A stretch of 64,000 bases of DNA, from positions 420,095 through 484,094 of the forward strand of contig CAYVOI010000001.1 in assembly GCA_964453605.1 (NCBI GenBank). The letters are read 5' to 3'. Position 1 is the stretch's first letter. Each line of letters starts with the position of its first letter. This document shows positions 36,375 to 45,420 of the stretch, in pieces. A program made the translations under genes and the position numbers. The notes under the pieces are model-generated. The model saw only the letters and a list, made by a program, of their open reading frames with translations. It searched no databases and was not told the DNA's origin. The stretch is from an uncultured Gammaproteobacteria bacterium. GTDB taxonomy: Bacteria; Patescibacteriota; Patescibacteriia; Veblenbacterales; UBA10138.

Positions 36375-37124
36375 ATGCTAGAGATTAAAAATCTTCATGT
36401 TTCTGTTGACCAGAAGCAGCTCGTGCACGGCGTAACACTGACAGTACGCCCTGGTGAGGTGCATGCGCTCATGGGCCCTAACGGTTCGGGCAAGTCGTCT
36501 TTGGCCGCAGCACTTATGGGTCACCCGAGCTACGCTATTACTTCGGGTAAGGTAGTGCTGAGTGGAGAAGACATTACGATGCTTGCGCCAGAGAAGCGGG
36601 CTGGCTCAGGGCTTTTTTTAGCGTTTCAGTACCCCCAGAGCATACCCGGGCTATCGGTGCAGCAGTTCTTGCAGGCTGCGGTGAATGCTCAGGCAGAGAG
36701 CAGGGGTAAAAAACCTTTGAGCGCAAAAGAGTTCGGCGTCTTACTTGAGGCCGCGGCTACCGCACTGCAGCTTGATAAAGCATTTTTGGAGCGCGGGGTG
36801 AACGATGGATTTTCGGGTGGGGAGAAAAAGCGGCTGGAGGTGTTGCAGCTCAGTGTGCTCAAGCCCCACTTTGCGGTGCTTGACGAAACTGATTCGGGGC
36901 TCGATGTTGATGCCCTGAAGCTAGTGGCGGAGGGGGTGAATAGGGAAGTAGCAGAACGGAACATGGGCGTGTTAGTTATTACTCACTACCAGCGCTTGCT
37001 GCACTACCTTAAACCCACCCACGTGCATGTGATGGCGGAGGGGAAGGTTGTAGCCTCAGGCGGGCCTGAGCTCGTAGAGCGGGTCGAGGCCACAGGCTAC
37101 CAAACTTTTTTGCACCATGCCTAA
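36375..37124 (+). CDS. sufC: Fe-S assembly ATPase
   Basis: GPNGSGKS, FLAFQYP, GFSGGEKKR, LDETDSGLD, ITHYQR. Confidence 0.96.
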   Translation: MLEIKNLHVSVDQKQLVHGVTLTVRPGEVHALMGPNGSGKSSLAAALMGHPSYAITSGKVVLSGEDITMLAPEKRAGSGLFLAFQYPQSIPGLSVQQFLQAAVNAQAESRGKKPLSAKEFGVLLEAAATALQLDKAFLERGVNDGFSGGEKKRLEVLQLSVLKPHFAVLDETDSGLDVDALKLVAEGVNREVAERNMGVLVITHYQRLLHYLKPTHVHVMAEGKVVASGGPELVERVEATGYQTFLHHA

Positions 37125-38511
37125 ACCTGTTGTTACCCAAGGTTACCAGTATGGTTTCCACGACGCTGTAGCGCCGGTGGTGCAGCTGCCGCGCGGGTTG
37201 TCGAAAAAAGTGGTGGAGGAAATCTCTCACCTTAAAGGAGAGCCGGCCTGGATGCGGGAGCGCAGGCTACGGGCGCTGGAGATTTTTGAAGCTAAGGAGC
37301 TCCCGACCTGGGGAGCTGACCTTTCGGGTATTAACTTTAACGACATTTGCTACTATCTTAAACCCTCCGACCGGAGTGCGGGCACGTGGGACGACGTGCC
37401 GGTAGGCATTCGTAGCACCTTTGAAAAGCTTGGCATTCCCCAGGCTGAGGCTAAACTGCTTTCAGGTGTGGGTGCACAGTACGACAGTGAGGCCATTTAC
37501 CACAACCTAAAAGAAGAGTGGAAAAAACTTGGCGTGGTGTTTTTGGACATGGACTCAGGGCTCAAGGAGTACCCAGACTTGGTAAAAGAGTACTTTGGTA
37601 GCGTGGTGCCCTTAGGTGACAACAAGTTTGCTGCACTGAACTCGGCCGTGTGGAGCGGTGGTAGTTTTGTGTACGTGCCCAAAGGCGTGCAGGTAACCGT
37701 ACCACTGCAGGCTTATTTCCGGCTCAATGCCCAGAACATGGGACAGTTCGAGCGCACCCTTATCATTGCGGACGAGGGCAGTTTTGTAACCTACGTAGAG
37801 GGTTGCACAGCGCCGGTGTACGCGGTGGATTCGCTCCACTGTGCGGTGGTGGAGATAATCGCGAAACCGTACTCGCGCGTACGCTACACCACCATGCAGA
37901 ACTGGAGCAACGACGTGTACAACTTGGTAACCAAGCGGGCGGTAGCCTACGAAGGTGCGACCGTGGAATGGGTGGATGGTAACTTTGGTAGCAAGGTAAC
38001 CATGAAGTACCCCTGCGTGGTGATGAAAGAGCCCGGGGCCAAGGCCGACGTGCTTTCGCTCGCCGTAGCTGGCCCAGGCCAACACCAAGACGCTGGTGCC
38101 AAAGCTTTGCACTTGGCACCCAATACCAGCAGCAACATTATTTCCAAATCAGTGTCGCACGGCGGTGGACGTACTTCATACCGTGGTCTACTAAAAGTCG
38201 CGCCGCAGGCTCATGGGGTGAAATCAAAAGTAAAATGCGACGCGCTGCTCCTGGACCCAGCCTCGCGCTCAGACACCTACCCCACCATGAAAGTGGATGC
38301 ACCTGATGCGCGAGTGGAGCACGAAGCTACAGTTTCAAAGGTAGGGGAAGAGCAGCTGTTTTACCTCCGCTCGCGCGGAGTGAGCGAGAACGAGGCAGTG
38401 TCTTTAATCGTCTCCGGCTTTATTGAGCCAATCGCCAAAGAATTACCACTAGAGTACGCAATGGAACTAAATAGGTTGATTCAGTTAGAAATGGAGGGGA
38501 GTGTGGGGTAA
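37117..38511 (+). CDS. sufB: Fe-S assembly protein
   Basis: GQFERTLII, YVEGCTAP, YNLVTKR, HEATVSK, ELPLEYAMELNRLI. Confidence 0.96.
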   Translation: MPKPVVTQGYQYGFHDAVAPVVQLPRGLSKKVVEEISHLKGEPAWMRERRLRALEIFEAKELPTWGADLSGINFNDICYYLKPSDRSAGTWDDVPVGIRSTFEKLGIPQAEAKLLSGVGAQYDSEAIYHNLKEEWKKLGVVFLDMDSGLKEYPDLVKEYFGSVVPLGDNKFAALNSAVWSGGSFVYVPKGVQVTVPLQAYFRLNAQNMGQFERTLIIADEGSFVTYVEGCTAPVYAVDSLHCAVVEIIAKPYSRVRYTTMQNWSNDVYNLVTKRAVAYEGATVEWVDGNFGSKVTMKYPCVVMKEPGAKADVLSLAVAGPGQHQDAGAKALHLAPNTSSNIISKSVSHGGGRTSYRGLLKVAPQAHGVKSKVKCDALLLDPASRSDTYPTMKVDAPDARVEHEATVSKVGEEQLFYLRSRGVSENEAVSLIVSGFIEPIAKELPLEYAMELNRLIQLEMEGSVG

Positions 38512-38625
38512 AAAAGTCCGCTCGATGCTTTGAGCGGACTCTATTGGGTCCTGACGGTAGGTTCACCGTCCACATTTGGGTACCACCCAATTGGTTACAG
38601 CACCCGCACATGTGAGGCCAGTATT

Positions 38626-39393
38626 ATGTTAACAAAATCCCAAGCAGACATCAAGGAGCTAAGAGGTGAGTGTGGCATTGTGGAAGTGCCACTGGGGTTG
38701 GCTACCAAACTTTATATTGCTCCACAGGCAGTGGCGACTATTGTAGCAACTTCTGCAGCCGAGGAGGGTGGTTTGCAATTGAACGTGGGTGAGGGCGCGG
38801 GCGTGCACTTGGTACTGCCGGAGCTGCCACTACACGGGAATGTAGTAGTAGAGGTTGGTGCTGGGGCACAGTTTACCCTTTCCGTTGTTGCCAAAGTAGA
38901 GCACAAGCATGTGTTCGAAAGTTTGGTACGCCTCACGGGCGAGGGTTCACGCGCTCACGCGCAGGTGGCGGTGGTAGGCACAGGGGATAGTGAGACCGAA
39001 CTTTCTCTAAGTTTAGAACATGTAGCTAAATCTACTTTTGGGCGCATGGTTGTTAGGCGCGTGCAGTCGGGAAATTCATTCAGCACACTTAGGGGTATGT
39101 TGAAGGTAGCAGCTGGCGCTCATGGCACCGACACCTACCTCTCCGACAAAGCGCTTCTGTTAGGTGAGAAGGCGCGGGCCGAGTCCAACCCCGGGCTGGA
39201 GATTTTGGCTGATGATGTTAGAGCGTCCCACGGCGCCACGGTTGGACAATTAAGCCCAGATGAGCTATTTTATGTGCGATCGCGCGGCCTCACTGAAACA
39301 CTAGCACAGGAACTCTTAGTCCAAGCATTCCTAAGCTCTGCGCTCGTTGGTGTGCCGCCGGAACACCACGTACACGCTTATGTTGCCAAGTAA
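38626..39393 (+). CDS. sufD: SufD-like protein (short)
   Basis: PGLEILADDVRASHGATVG, LFYVRSRG; position in the suf operon. Confidence 0.85.
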   Translation: MLTKSQADIKELRGECGIVEVPLGLATKLYIAPQAVATIVATSAAEEGGLQLNVGEGAGVHLVLPELPLHGNVVVEVGAGAQFTLSVVAKVEHKHVFESLVRLTGEGSRAHAQVAVVGTGDSETELSLSLEHVAKSTFGRMVVRRVQSGNSFSTLRGMLKVAAGAHGTDTYLSDKALLLGEKARAESNPGLEILADDVRASHGATVGQLSPDELFYVRSRGLTETLAQELLVQAFLSSALVGVPPEHHVHAYVAK

Positions 39394-40588
39394 CCTACGC
39401 AATCAGTTCCCCATTTTCGCTAAGCATCCAAACTTAGCATTTTTAGATAACGCTGCTTCCGCACAGAAGCCCGAAGTTGTGCTCAAGACTATGGATGAGC
39501 TCTACCGTTCGAGCTACGCCAACATTCACCGTGGGGTGTACCGCCTGGCTGAAGACGCCACGGCAGCTTATGAAGAAACCCGCGCGATGGTGGCAAAGTT
39601 TTTGAACGCGCGTGAGCCAGCAGAAATCGTGTTTACTCGGAACGCTACCGAAAGTTTGAACACAGTGGCCCAGTCATATGCACGGAACCTTAAAGCCGGC
39701 GATGAGGTTTTGCTGACTGAACTAGAGCACCATGCCAATCTTGTACCCTGGCAGCAAATGGCTAAGCGCTATGGTTTTACCGTGAAATTTTTACCAGTAA
39801 TTTCTGAAGGGCGCTTGGAGCTTGGCAAACTCAGTGAGTTTTTGAGTGCCAAGACCAAAGTGGTGGCACTGAGCGCTATGTCGAACGTACTCGGATGTGT
39901 GACTGAGCTTGAACAAATTATTCCAGCTGCGCATGAGATAGGCGCCATTGTGGTGGTGGATGCAGCTCAGGCTGCCGCCCACCTACCCCTTGACGTACAG
40001 AAGCTCGACTGTGATTTTTTGGCTATCACTGGGCACAAGCTGTTTGGCCCCTCGGGCATCGGCGCACTCTACGGTAAGCGTGCCCTCTTAGAGCGCTTAG
40101 AACCGTTTCAGTTTGGCGGGAGCATGATAGACGACGTAAGTTGGTTCGACTCCACCTGGGCCCAAGCCCCTGAAAAGTTTGAAGCTGGCACCCCGCCCAT
40201 TGCTGAGGCAGTTGGCCTTGGGGCGGCCTTGAAGTTTATGGAAGGCATTGGGTGGAGTCAGATTATGGAGCATGAGGCGGAGCTTACGGCGTATGGCTTA
40301 GAGCAACTTAATCAGGTTCAAGGGCTCCACCTGGTTGGCCCACGTACGCCAGTAGCGCGTGGCCCCGTGTTTTCGTTTACTGTAGACGGCGTGCACCCGC
40401 ACGATTTGGCTAGTGTGCTGGATGAGGCAGGTGTGGCGGTGCGCTCGGGTCACCACTGCGCTATGCCACTGCACAAAAAATTTGAGCTACCCGCGACCAC
40501 GCGCGCTAGTTTAACCCTCTACAATACAAAAGAGGATATTGACAGGCTGGTTGCCGGTGTCGCCCAGGCGCAAAAACTATTTACCTGA
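39380..40588 (+). CDS. sufS: Cysteine desulfurase
   Basis: LDNAASAQKP, EHHANLVPW, DAAQ, TGHK, RSGHHCA. Confidence 0.95.
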   Translation: MLPSNLRNQFPIFAKHPNLAFLDNAASAQKPEVVLKTMDELYRSSYANIHRGVYRLAEDATAAYEETRAMVAKFLNAREPAEIVFTRNATESLNTVAQSYARNLKAGDEVLLTELEHHANLVPWQQMAKRYGFTVKFLPVISEGRLELGKLSEFLSAKTKVVALSAMSNVLGCVTELEQIIPAAHEIGAIVVVDAAQAAAHLPLDVQKLDCDFLAITGHKLFGPSGIGALYGKRALLERLEPFQFGGSMIDDVSWFDSTWAQAPEKFEAGTPPIAEAVGLGAALKFMEGIGWSQIMEHEAELTAYGLEQLNQVQGLHLVGPRTPVARGPVFSFTVDGVHPHDLASVLDEAGVAVRSGHHCAMPLHKKFELPATTRASLTLYNTKEDIDRLVAGVAQAQKLFT

Positions 40589-40591
40589 GGT

Positions 40592-40948
40592 ATGGACATC
40601 TACCAGCAAAATATTTTGGACTACTACAAGCACCCACGGTACCACAGGGAAGTGACGGGTAGTACGAATCATGGAGAGGCCTCGAACCCGCTGTGTGGTG
40701 ACCGAATTGAGTTTTGGTTAAAGCTCGACGGCGGAAAGGTAGCAGAAGTTGGCTGGGGCGGGGAGGGGTGTGTGCTTTCACAAGCTGCGGCCTCAATGCT
40801 GGCTGAGTCGCTCCACAGCAAAACGTTAGCCGAAGTTCAGCGGGTATCGAAAGATGATCTTCTAGCTATGGTAGCTGTGACCTTAGGTCCCAACCGCCTC
40901 AAGTGCGTGCTGCTTCCACTCGACGCGCTGCAAAAGGCTACACGTTAG
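40592..40948 (+). CDS. sufU: SufU/NifU-like scaffold
   Basis: NPLCGD, GEGCVLSQAAAS, RLKCVLL. Confidence 0.9.
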   Translation: MDIYQQNILDYYKHPRYHREVTGSTNHGEASNPLCGDRIEFWLKLDGGKVAEVGWGGEGCVLSQAAASMLAESLHSKTLAEVQRVSKDDLLAMVAVTLGPNRLKCVLLPLDALQKATR

Positions 40949-41295
40949 GCTTTCGAGCTGCGGTTGCTGCCCACTAAGCAGCCTGCCACGCCAAGAGCCA
41001 GGTGGAAGATGTTTTCAAATATCTCGATGTGAAAGAGGTCGAAAAAGTTTGGCAGGGTGAGGCCGAATAATACAAAAGCCAGGCCCATAACGCCCGTAGC
41101 TGTAGCGTAGCGGCCGAGTGTTTGAGGTGTCGTTTTACTAAACGTCAGCTTTAACCCAACGGCGCCAAAACCTAGGTAGATGAGGCTTTGGAACAGGTCA
41201 AACTGTACTACGTGGGGAATAGGCGAGCCTAGGAACCCCCACAGTCCAAGTATAAAGAGTAGCGCGGCTACCACCCGTGAGTAGGTTTTGATCAT
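40945..41295 (-). CDS. Four-TM membrane protein (DUF4383-like)
   Basis: Hydrophobic pattern; ENIFHLALG; TATACT 6 nt upstream of the ATG. Confidence 0.7.
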   Translation of the reverse strand: MIKTYSRVVAALLFILGLWGFLGSPIPHVVQFDLFQSLIYLGFGAVGLKLTFSKTTPQTLGRYATATGVMGLAFVLFGLTLPNFFDLFHIEIFENIFHLALGVAGCLVGSNRSSKA

Positions 41296-41352
41296 GTGTT
41301 AAGTATAGGTGACTAGCTTTGGGCACTCAAGTTTTCGTGGTACACTTCGGGT

Positions 41353-42330
41353 ATGAAGGCAGGGGTTTTAACTATCGGTGGGGCAACCTGGGATGTACTT
41401 TTTACCACACCCGAGGCACACCTTGTTGCCGATAAGGCTACCCGCGAGCGTCTACTGGCCTTTCCGTACGGTGGTAAGGTTGACGCGCACGGTGTCAGTT
41501 ATGGGTTTGGTGGTGGCGCTGCCAACGTGGCAGTAGCGCTGAGGCGCCTGGGGGTGAGCACCGGCATTGCTGCTCGTGTTGGTGGCGACTGGAGGGGGAC
41601 TGAGGTGGTAAAGAATCTGCGTGCGCATAAAGTTGCTACCTCGCTAGTCCAGCTCGACCGTGCGGAAACAACGCCGCTCTCCTTTATAGTGACCACTGGC
41701 GGCGCCCATGACCACGTGGCGTTTGTTTCGCGTGGGGCAGCCAAAAATTTTGCACTCCCCAAAGCAGTGCCCACCATGTACTCGTGGGTATACGTAACGT
41801 CGCTCGCTACCCCACGTTGGCACGCCGAGCTTCGTACGCTCTTTGCTAACCTCAAACGCCGCGGCCAGCAGGTGTTTTGGAACCCAGGCGCGGCTCAGCT
41901 GGCGGAAGGCAAACGCCTCAAAACACTCCTTCACTCTGTCTCCATTCTTGATGTTAATCGTGAAGAGGCCGAAGTCTTAGCTCACGACCTTAAGCTTAAG
42001 CGCACCAACCTCAGCACCTTGCTCCACAGTTTGAAAACACTAGGCCCCAAGGCTGTGCTTATTACCGACGGCGGCAACGGTGCCTACTACTACGATGGCG
42101 ACCGTGTGCTCCACCGCCCGGCGCTCAAGGTAAAGCCAGTTAACACCACTGGCGCTGGTGATGCGTTTGGTTCCGGCTTTCTGGCTGGCTACCTCCACTC
42201 ACGAGGCAACGTGCGCGTGGCACTTGATTGGGGTATGTATAACTCAAGCTCGGTCATTACCGACGTAGGAGCTCAACGAGGTTTACTTACCTTATCGCGT
42301 CTTCGCAAGTTTGCAAAAAAGTATGACTGA
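41353..42330 (+). CDS. PfkB-family carbohydrate kinase
   Basis: GGGAANVAVALRRLG, NREEA, NTTGAGDAFGSGF. Confidence 0.9.
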   Translation: MKAGVLTIGGATWDVLFTTPEAHLVADKATRERLLAFPYGGKVDAHGVSYGFGGGAANVAVALRRLGVSTGIAARVGGDWRGTEVVKNLRAHKVATSLVQLDRAETTPLSFIVTTGGAHDHVAFVSRGAAKNFALPKAVPTMYSWVYVTSLATPRWHAELRTLFANLKRRGQQVFWNPGAAQLAEGKRLKTLLHSVSILDVNREEAEVLAHDLKLKRTNLSTLLHSLKTLGPKAVLITDGGNGAYYYDGDRVLHRPALKVKPVNTTGAGDAFGSGFLAGYLHSRGNVRVALDWGMYNSSSVITDVGAQRGLLTLSRLRKFAKKYD

Positions 42331-42751
42331 AGGTAGTTCTTCGAATCCACGCGTTGGCATAGGAATTATGGTACTAAAGGAGGGCAAGGTGCTTTTAGGA
42401 AAGAGGCGAGGCTCACATGGCGCGGGAGAGTATGCATTCCCTGGAGGACATCTAGAGTACACGGAATCGTTTGTTGACTGTGTTACGCGTGAGGTGGCGG
42501 AAGAGTGTGGAATTAGTTTGGCTAATGTGCGCTTTCAATTTGTTGCTAACGTGCGTACATACGCACCAAAACATTATGTTCATATTGGTTTGATAGCGGA
42601 TTGGGTTGCCGCCGAGCCCCAAGTACTCGAGCCAGATAAATGTGAAAGCTGGGGTTGGTATGATATGAAAACCCTTCCAGAGCCACTGTTTAAGATGGCC
42701 CGTCTAGCTGTTGATAGCTCGCAGACCGGTACAACCTATTACGACATATAG
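42323..42751 (+). CDS. Nudix hydrolase (AT-richer than its neighbours)
   Basis: FPGGHLEYTESFVDCVTREVAEECG Nudix box; EPDKCESWGW. Confidence 0.9.
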   Translation: MTEGSSSNPRVGIGIMVLKEGKVLLGKRRGSHGAGEYAFPGGHLEYTESFVDCVTREVAEECGISLANVRFQFVANVRTYAPKHYVHIGLIADWVAAEPQVLEPDKCESWGWYDMKTLPEPLFKMARLAVDSSQTGTTYYDI

Positions 42752-42752
42752 T

Positions 42753-43325
42753 ATGCCAGAGCGACAAGTTCCCATTGAAGTTTCAGCCAGACACGTGCAC
42801 CTTTCAGCCGAGCACTTGGCTGCTCTGTTTGGCCCCGCCGCTTCGCTCCACAGCTTGAAAACCATTTCCCAGCCCGGGCAATTTGCAGCCGAGGAGCGGG
42901 TTGATGTAGTTACGCCCAAGGGGAAACTCTCGGTACGCGTGGTGGGGCCAGTCAGAAGCGAAACCCAAGTGGAGCTGGCCGCTTCCGAGTGCCGTAGCCT
43001 TGGGCTACCTGTGATGCTTAAGGTGTCAGGTAGTCTCGAGGGTACGCCCGGCGCCACACTAGAGGGCCCGTATGGCACGGTTGAGCTTTCACGTGGGGTC
43101 ATAGTGGCGCAGCGGCATTTGCACATTGCGCCTACAGCGGCTGCCGCCTGGAACTTGAAACATGGTGATGTTGTTTCTATTAAGACCGGCGGGAGTAGAC
43201 CGGTAACGTTCCATGATGTCTATGTGCGTTCGCGCGAAGGGGTGGACGAGCTTTCGTTCATGATAGATACCGACGAGGCTAACGCGGCGGGACTTACTGG
43301 TGGTGAGCAGGGTGAGGTAGTGTAG
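42753..43325 (+). CDS. pduL: PduL-type phosphate acyltransferase
   Basis: VPIEVSARHVHLS, SQPGQFAAEE, VGPVRSETQVE, VIVAQRHLH, IDTDEANAAG. Confidence 0.88.
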   Translation: MPERQVPIEVSARHVHLSAEHLAALFGPAASLHSLKTISQPGQFAAEERVDVVTPKGKLSVRVVGPVRSETQVELAASECRSLGLPVMLKVSGSLEGTPGATLEGPYGTVELSRGVIVAQRHLHIAPTAAAAWNLKHGDVVSIKTGGSRPVTFHDVYVRSREGVDELSFMIDTDEANAAGLTGGEQGEVV

Positions 43326-43326
43326 T

Positions 43327-44502
43327 ATGGCTAAGACAACGGTAGTGGACCCTGGGTATGTGCTCAGCCTTAACGCTGGTAGTGCCACGTTGAAGTGGGC
43401 ACTTTACCAAGCTCCTGAACTTACCGAACTAGGCCGTGGCGTAGTAGAGCGAGTGGGGGAGAGTGGCAGCTTTGCTGAGTGGCGGTTGCAGGGGAAAATT
43501 GGTGTTAAAAAGGTGCCCTGCAAAAACCATGAGGTCGCTGTGGGCTACATACTAAAGCTCTTAGCCTGGCACCACCTTAATCTTCAACACGTTACGGTGG
43601 TGGGACACCGTGTGGTACATGGTGGAGCATTGTTTAGTGTGCCGACAAAGCTGACCGCTAAAGTGTTTCAACAGTTGAAGGGCTTGACTGTACTAGCACC
43701 ACTCCACAACCCCGTTCAAGTAGCAGTGGCTAAAACTACTGCTAAGCTCTTACCCAAGGCCCAACAGGTCGCCGTGTTCGACACTGCTTGGTACAGCAAC
43801 CTGCCGCCTGAGGCTCGACTCTACGCTCTACCCGAGAGCTTAACCAAAAAGTACAACCTTAGGCGCTATGGGTTCCATGGGCTCTCGCACTCCTACGTAA
43901 GTAGCGAGGCTGCCCGGCGTTTGTGTCACCCGCTTCAAAACCTGAACCTGATCACCTGTCACCTAGGTAGCGGCGCTAGTATCACGGCGGTGCGGGCAGG
44001 TCGGGCTATAGACACTTCCATGGGTTTTACTCCCCTCGAGGGTTTAGTGATGGATACCAGAGCCGGCGATGTTGACCCGGGGCTGCTACTCTACCTCATA
44101 ACCCAAAAAGGCTTGCAGGCCAAAGCACTGCTCAAGCTCTTAGATGAAGACTCGGGCCTTAAGGGGGTGGCAGGGGTGCCTGATATGCGCGAGGTGTTAA
44201 CACGTGCTGGCTATGAGGTGTTAGGGTTTCGGCCCAAAGGCACCGCGACCAGCGGCGACAAAAAGCGCGCTCAGCTGGCGCTCAAGCTCTTCCTCTACCG
44301 CGTGCAGAAGTACCTCGGGGCGTATGCAGCTGTTTTGGGGACCGTACACGCGATCGTGTTCACCGGTGGCATAGGTGAGCGGAACGAAGTGGTGCGTAAC
44401 CTTATTATGCAGGGCGTGCCTGGCCTGAAGCACATACCCGTGTTGGCTATTCCAACCAACGAGGAACTGGCTATTGCACAGCAGGTAGCAAGCCTGGCGT
44501 AA
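43327..44502 (+). CDS. ackA: Acetate/propionate kinase
   Basis: LNAGSATLK, GHRVVHGG, APLHNP, RYGFHGLSH, DTSMGFTPLEG, FTGGIGE, TNEELAIA. Confidence 0.93.
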   Translation: MAKTTVVDPGYVLSLNAGSATLKWALYQAPELTELGRGVVERVGESGSFAEWRLQGKIGVKKVPCKNHEVAVGYILKLLAWHHLNLQHVTVVGHRVVHGGALFSVPTKLTAKVFQQLKGLTVLAPLHNPVQVAVAKTTAKLLPKAQQVAVFDTAWYSNLPPEARLYALPESLTKKYNLRRYGFHGLSHSYVSSEAARRLCHPLQNLNLITCHLGSGASITAVRAGRAIDTSMGFTPLEGLVMDTRAGDVDPGLLLYLITQKGLQAKALLKLLDEDSGLKGVAGVPDMREVLTRAGYEVLGFRPKGTATSGDKKRAQLALKLFLYRVQKYLGAYAAVLGTVHAIVFTGGIGERNEVVRNLIMQGVPGLKHIPVLAIPTNEELAIAQQVASLA

Positions 44503-44506
44503 ACGT

Positions 44507-45145
44507 ATGGCTGAACGCATCGGCACCATTCCCGGCACTGTCATACACCCCGCTGAAGTACGGAACGGCCAGAGCGTAGTAGCAGTTATGAAAGGTGTGA
44601 CCACGGCCGAGGTGGAGCTTAAGACCCAAGGGCTGGTAGTGGCTACCTGCGGCGGTGCCAGTACCCCTCAGTCTGACCCTATCTGTTTTCAAGCCCAGAA
44701 GCTTGCCGTGGGCGTGGTGGCTCGGGGTGGCGTGATGGTGAACGGTGGCGAAACCGGCGGCATTGCCCTAGCTATTACCGAAGCAGAGGAAAAAGCTACG
44801 CTCCACATCGCCTGCCCCTACCACGAGGTGCTAAAGTTTGGGGCTAAGGCCATGGTGAGTTCGTACCAGACCAGGAAGATGCTCATCACGGTCATGCCGG
44901 TGGTAGTTATTTTCCCGGGGAAAGTCGGCACGCTCGACGAGCTGGTGACCACGTTGGGGTGGATAAAGTCGTTAATCCACCAAAACGCCGAACCGCCGAC
45001 GGTGTGGGTGCACGAGTTTTGGTGGGACTTCCTAGACTTCTTGAACCGTAAAGGTGCTATTCAGCCTGGGGTGTGGGAGCGGGTTCACCGTTTTACCGCT
45101 GCCGACGAAATTCTAAACACCCTCACCCCCGTCTCACCTGGGTAG
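44507..45145 (+). CDS. LOG/SLOG-family protein
   Basis: NGGETGG, RKMLI, FPGKVGTLDEL (PGGxGTxxE-like). Confidence 0.7.
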   Translation: MAERIGTIPGTVIHPAEVRNGQSVVAVMKGVTTAEVELKTQGLVVATCGGASTPQSDPICFQAQKLAVGVVARGGVMVNGGETGGIALAITEAEEKATLHIACPYHEVLKFGAKAMVSSYQTRKMLITVMPVVVIFPGKVGTLDELVTTLGWIKSLIHQNAEPPTVWVHEFWWDFLDFLNRKGAIQPGVWERVHRFTAADEILNTLTPVSPG

Positions 45146-45159
45146 TGTATACTTTACCT

Positions 45160-45420
45160 ATGAGCACAAAATCGTTGCGCTTAGAACTTCTTCAAAAAAT
45201 GTCGGAGCTAGCCACCGCCGGGTTTGGGTTAGTGGCGGCGTTAGCCTGGAACGATGCTATCCAGTCGTTTTTCAAAGACCTGTTTGGCGAGCAGTCGGCC
45301 ACCTGGGCTAAGTTTGTTTATGCCGTACTAGTGACACTCATTGTGGTGTTCATTACCCTTAAGCTCGGGAGCCTTATTAGCAAGCTCAAGGAGCCAGGCA
45401 ATGGAGCACAAAACCAATAA
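45160..45420 (+). CDS. DUF5654-family membrane protein
   Basis: LATAGFGLVAALAWNDAIQ...YAVLVT; TATACT 6 nt upstream of the ATG. Confidence 0.8.
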   Translation: MSTKSLRLELLQKMSELATAGFGLVAALAWNDAIQSFFKDLFGEQSATWAKFVYAVLVTLIVVFITLKLGSLISKLKEPGNGAQNQ

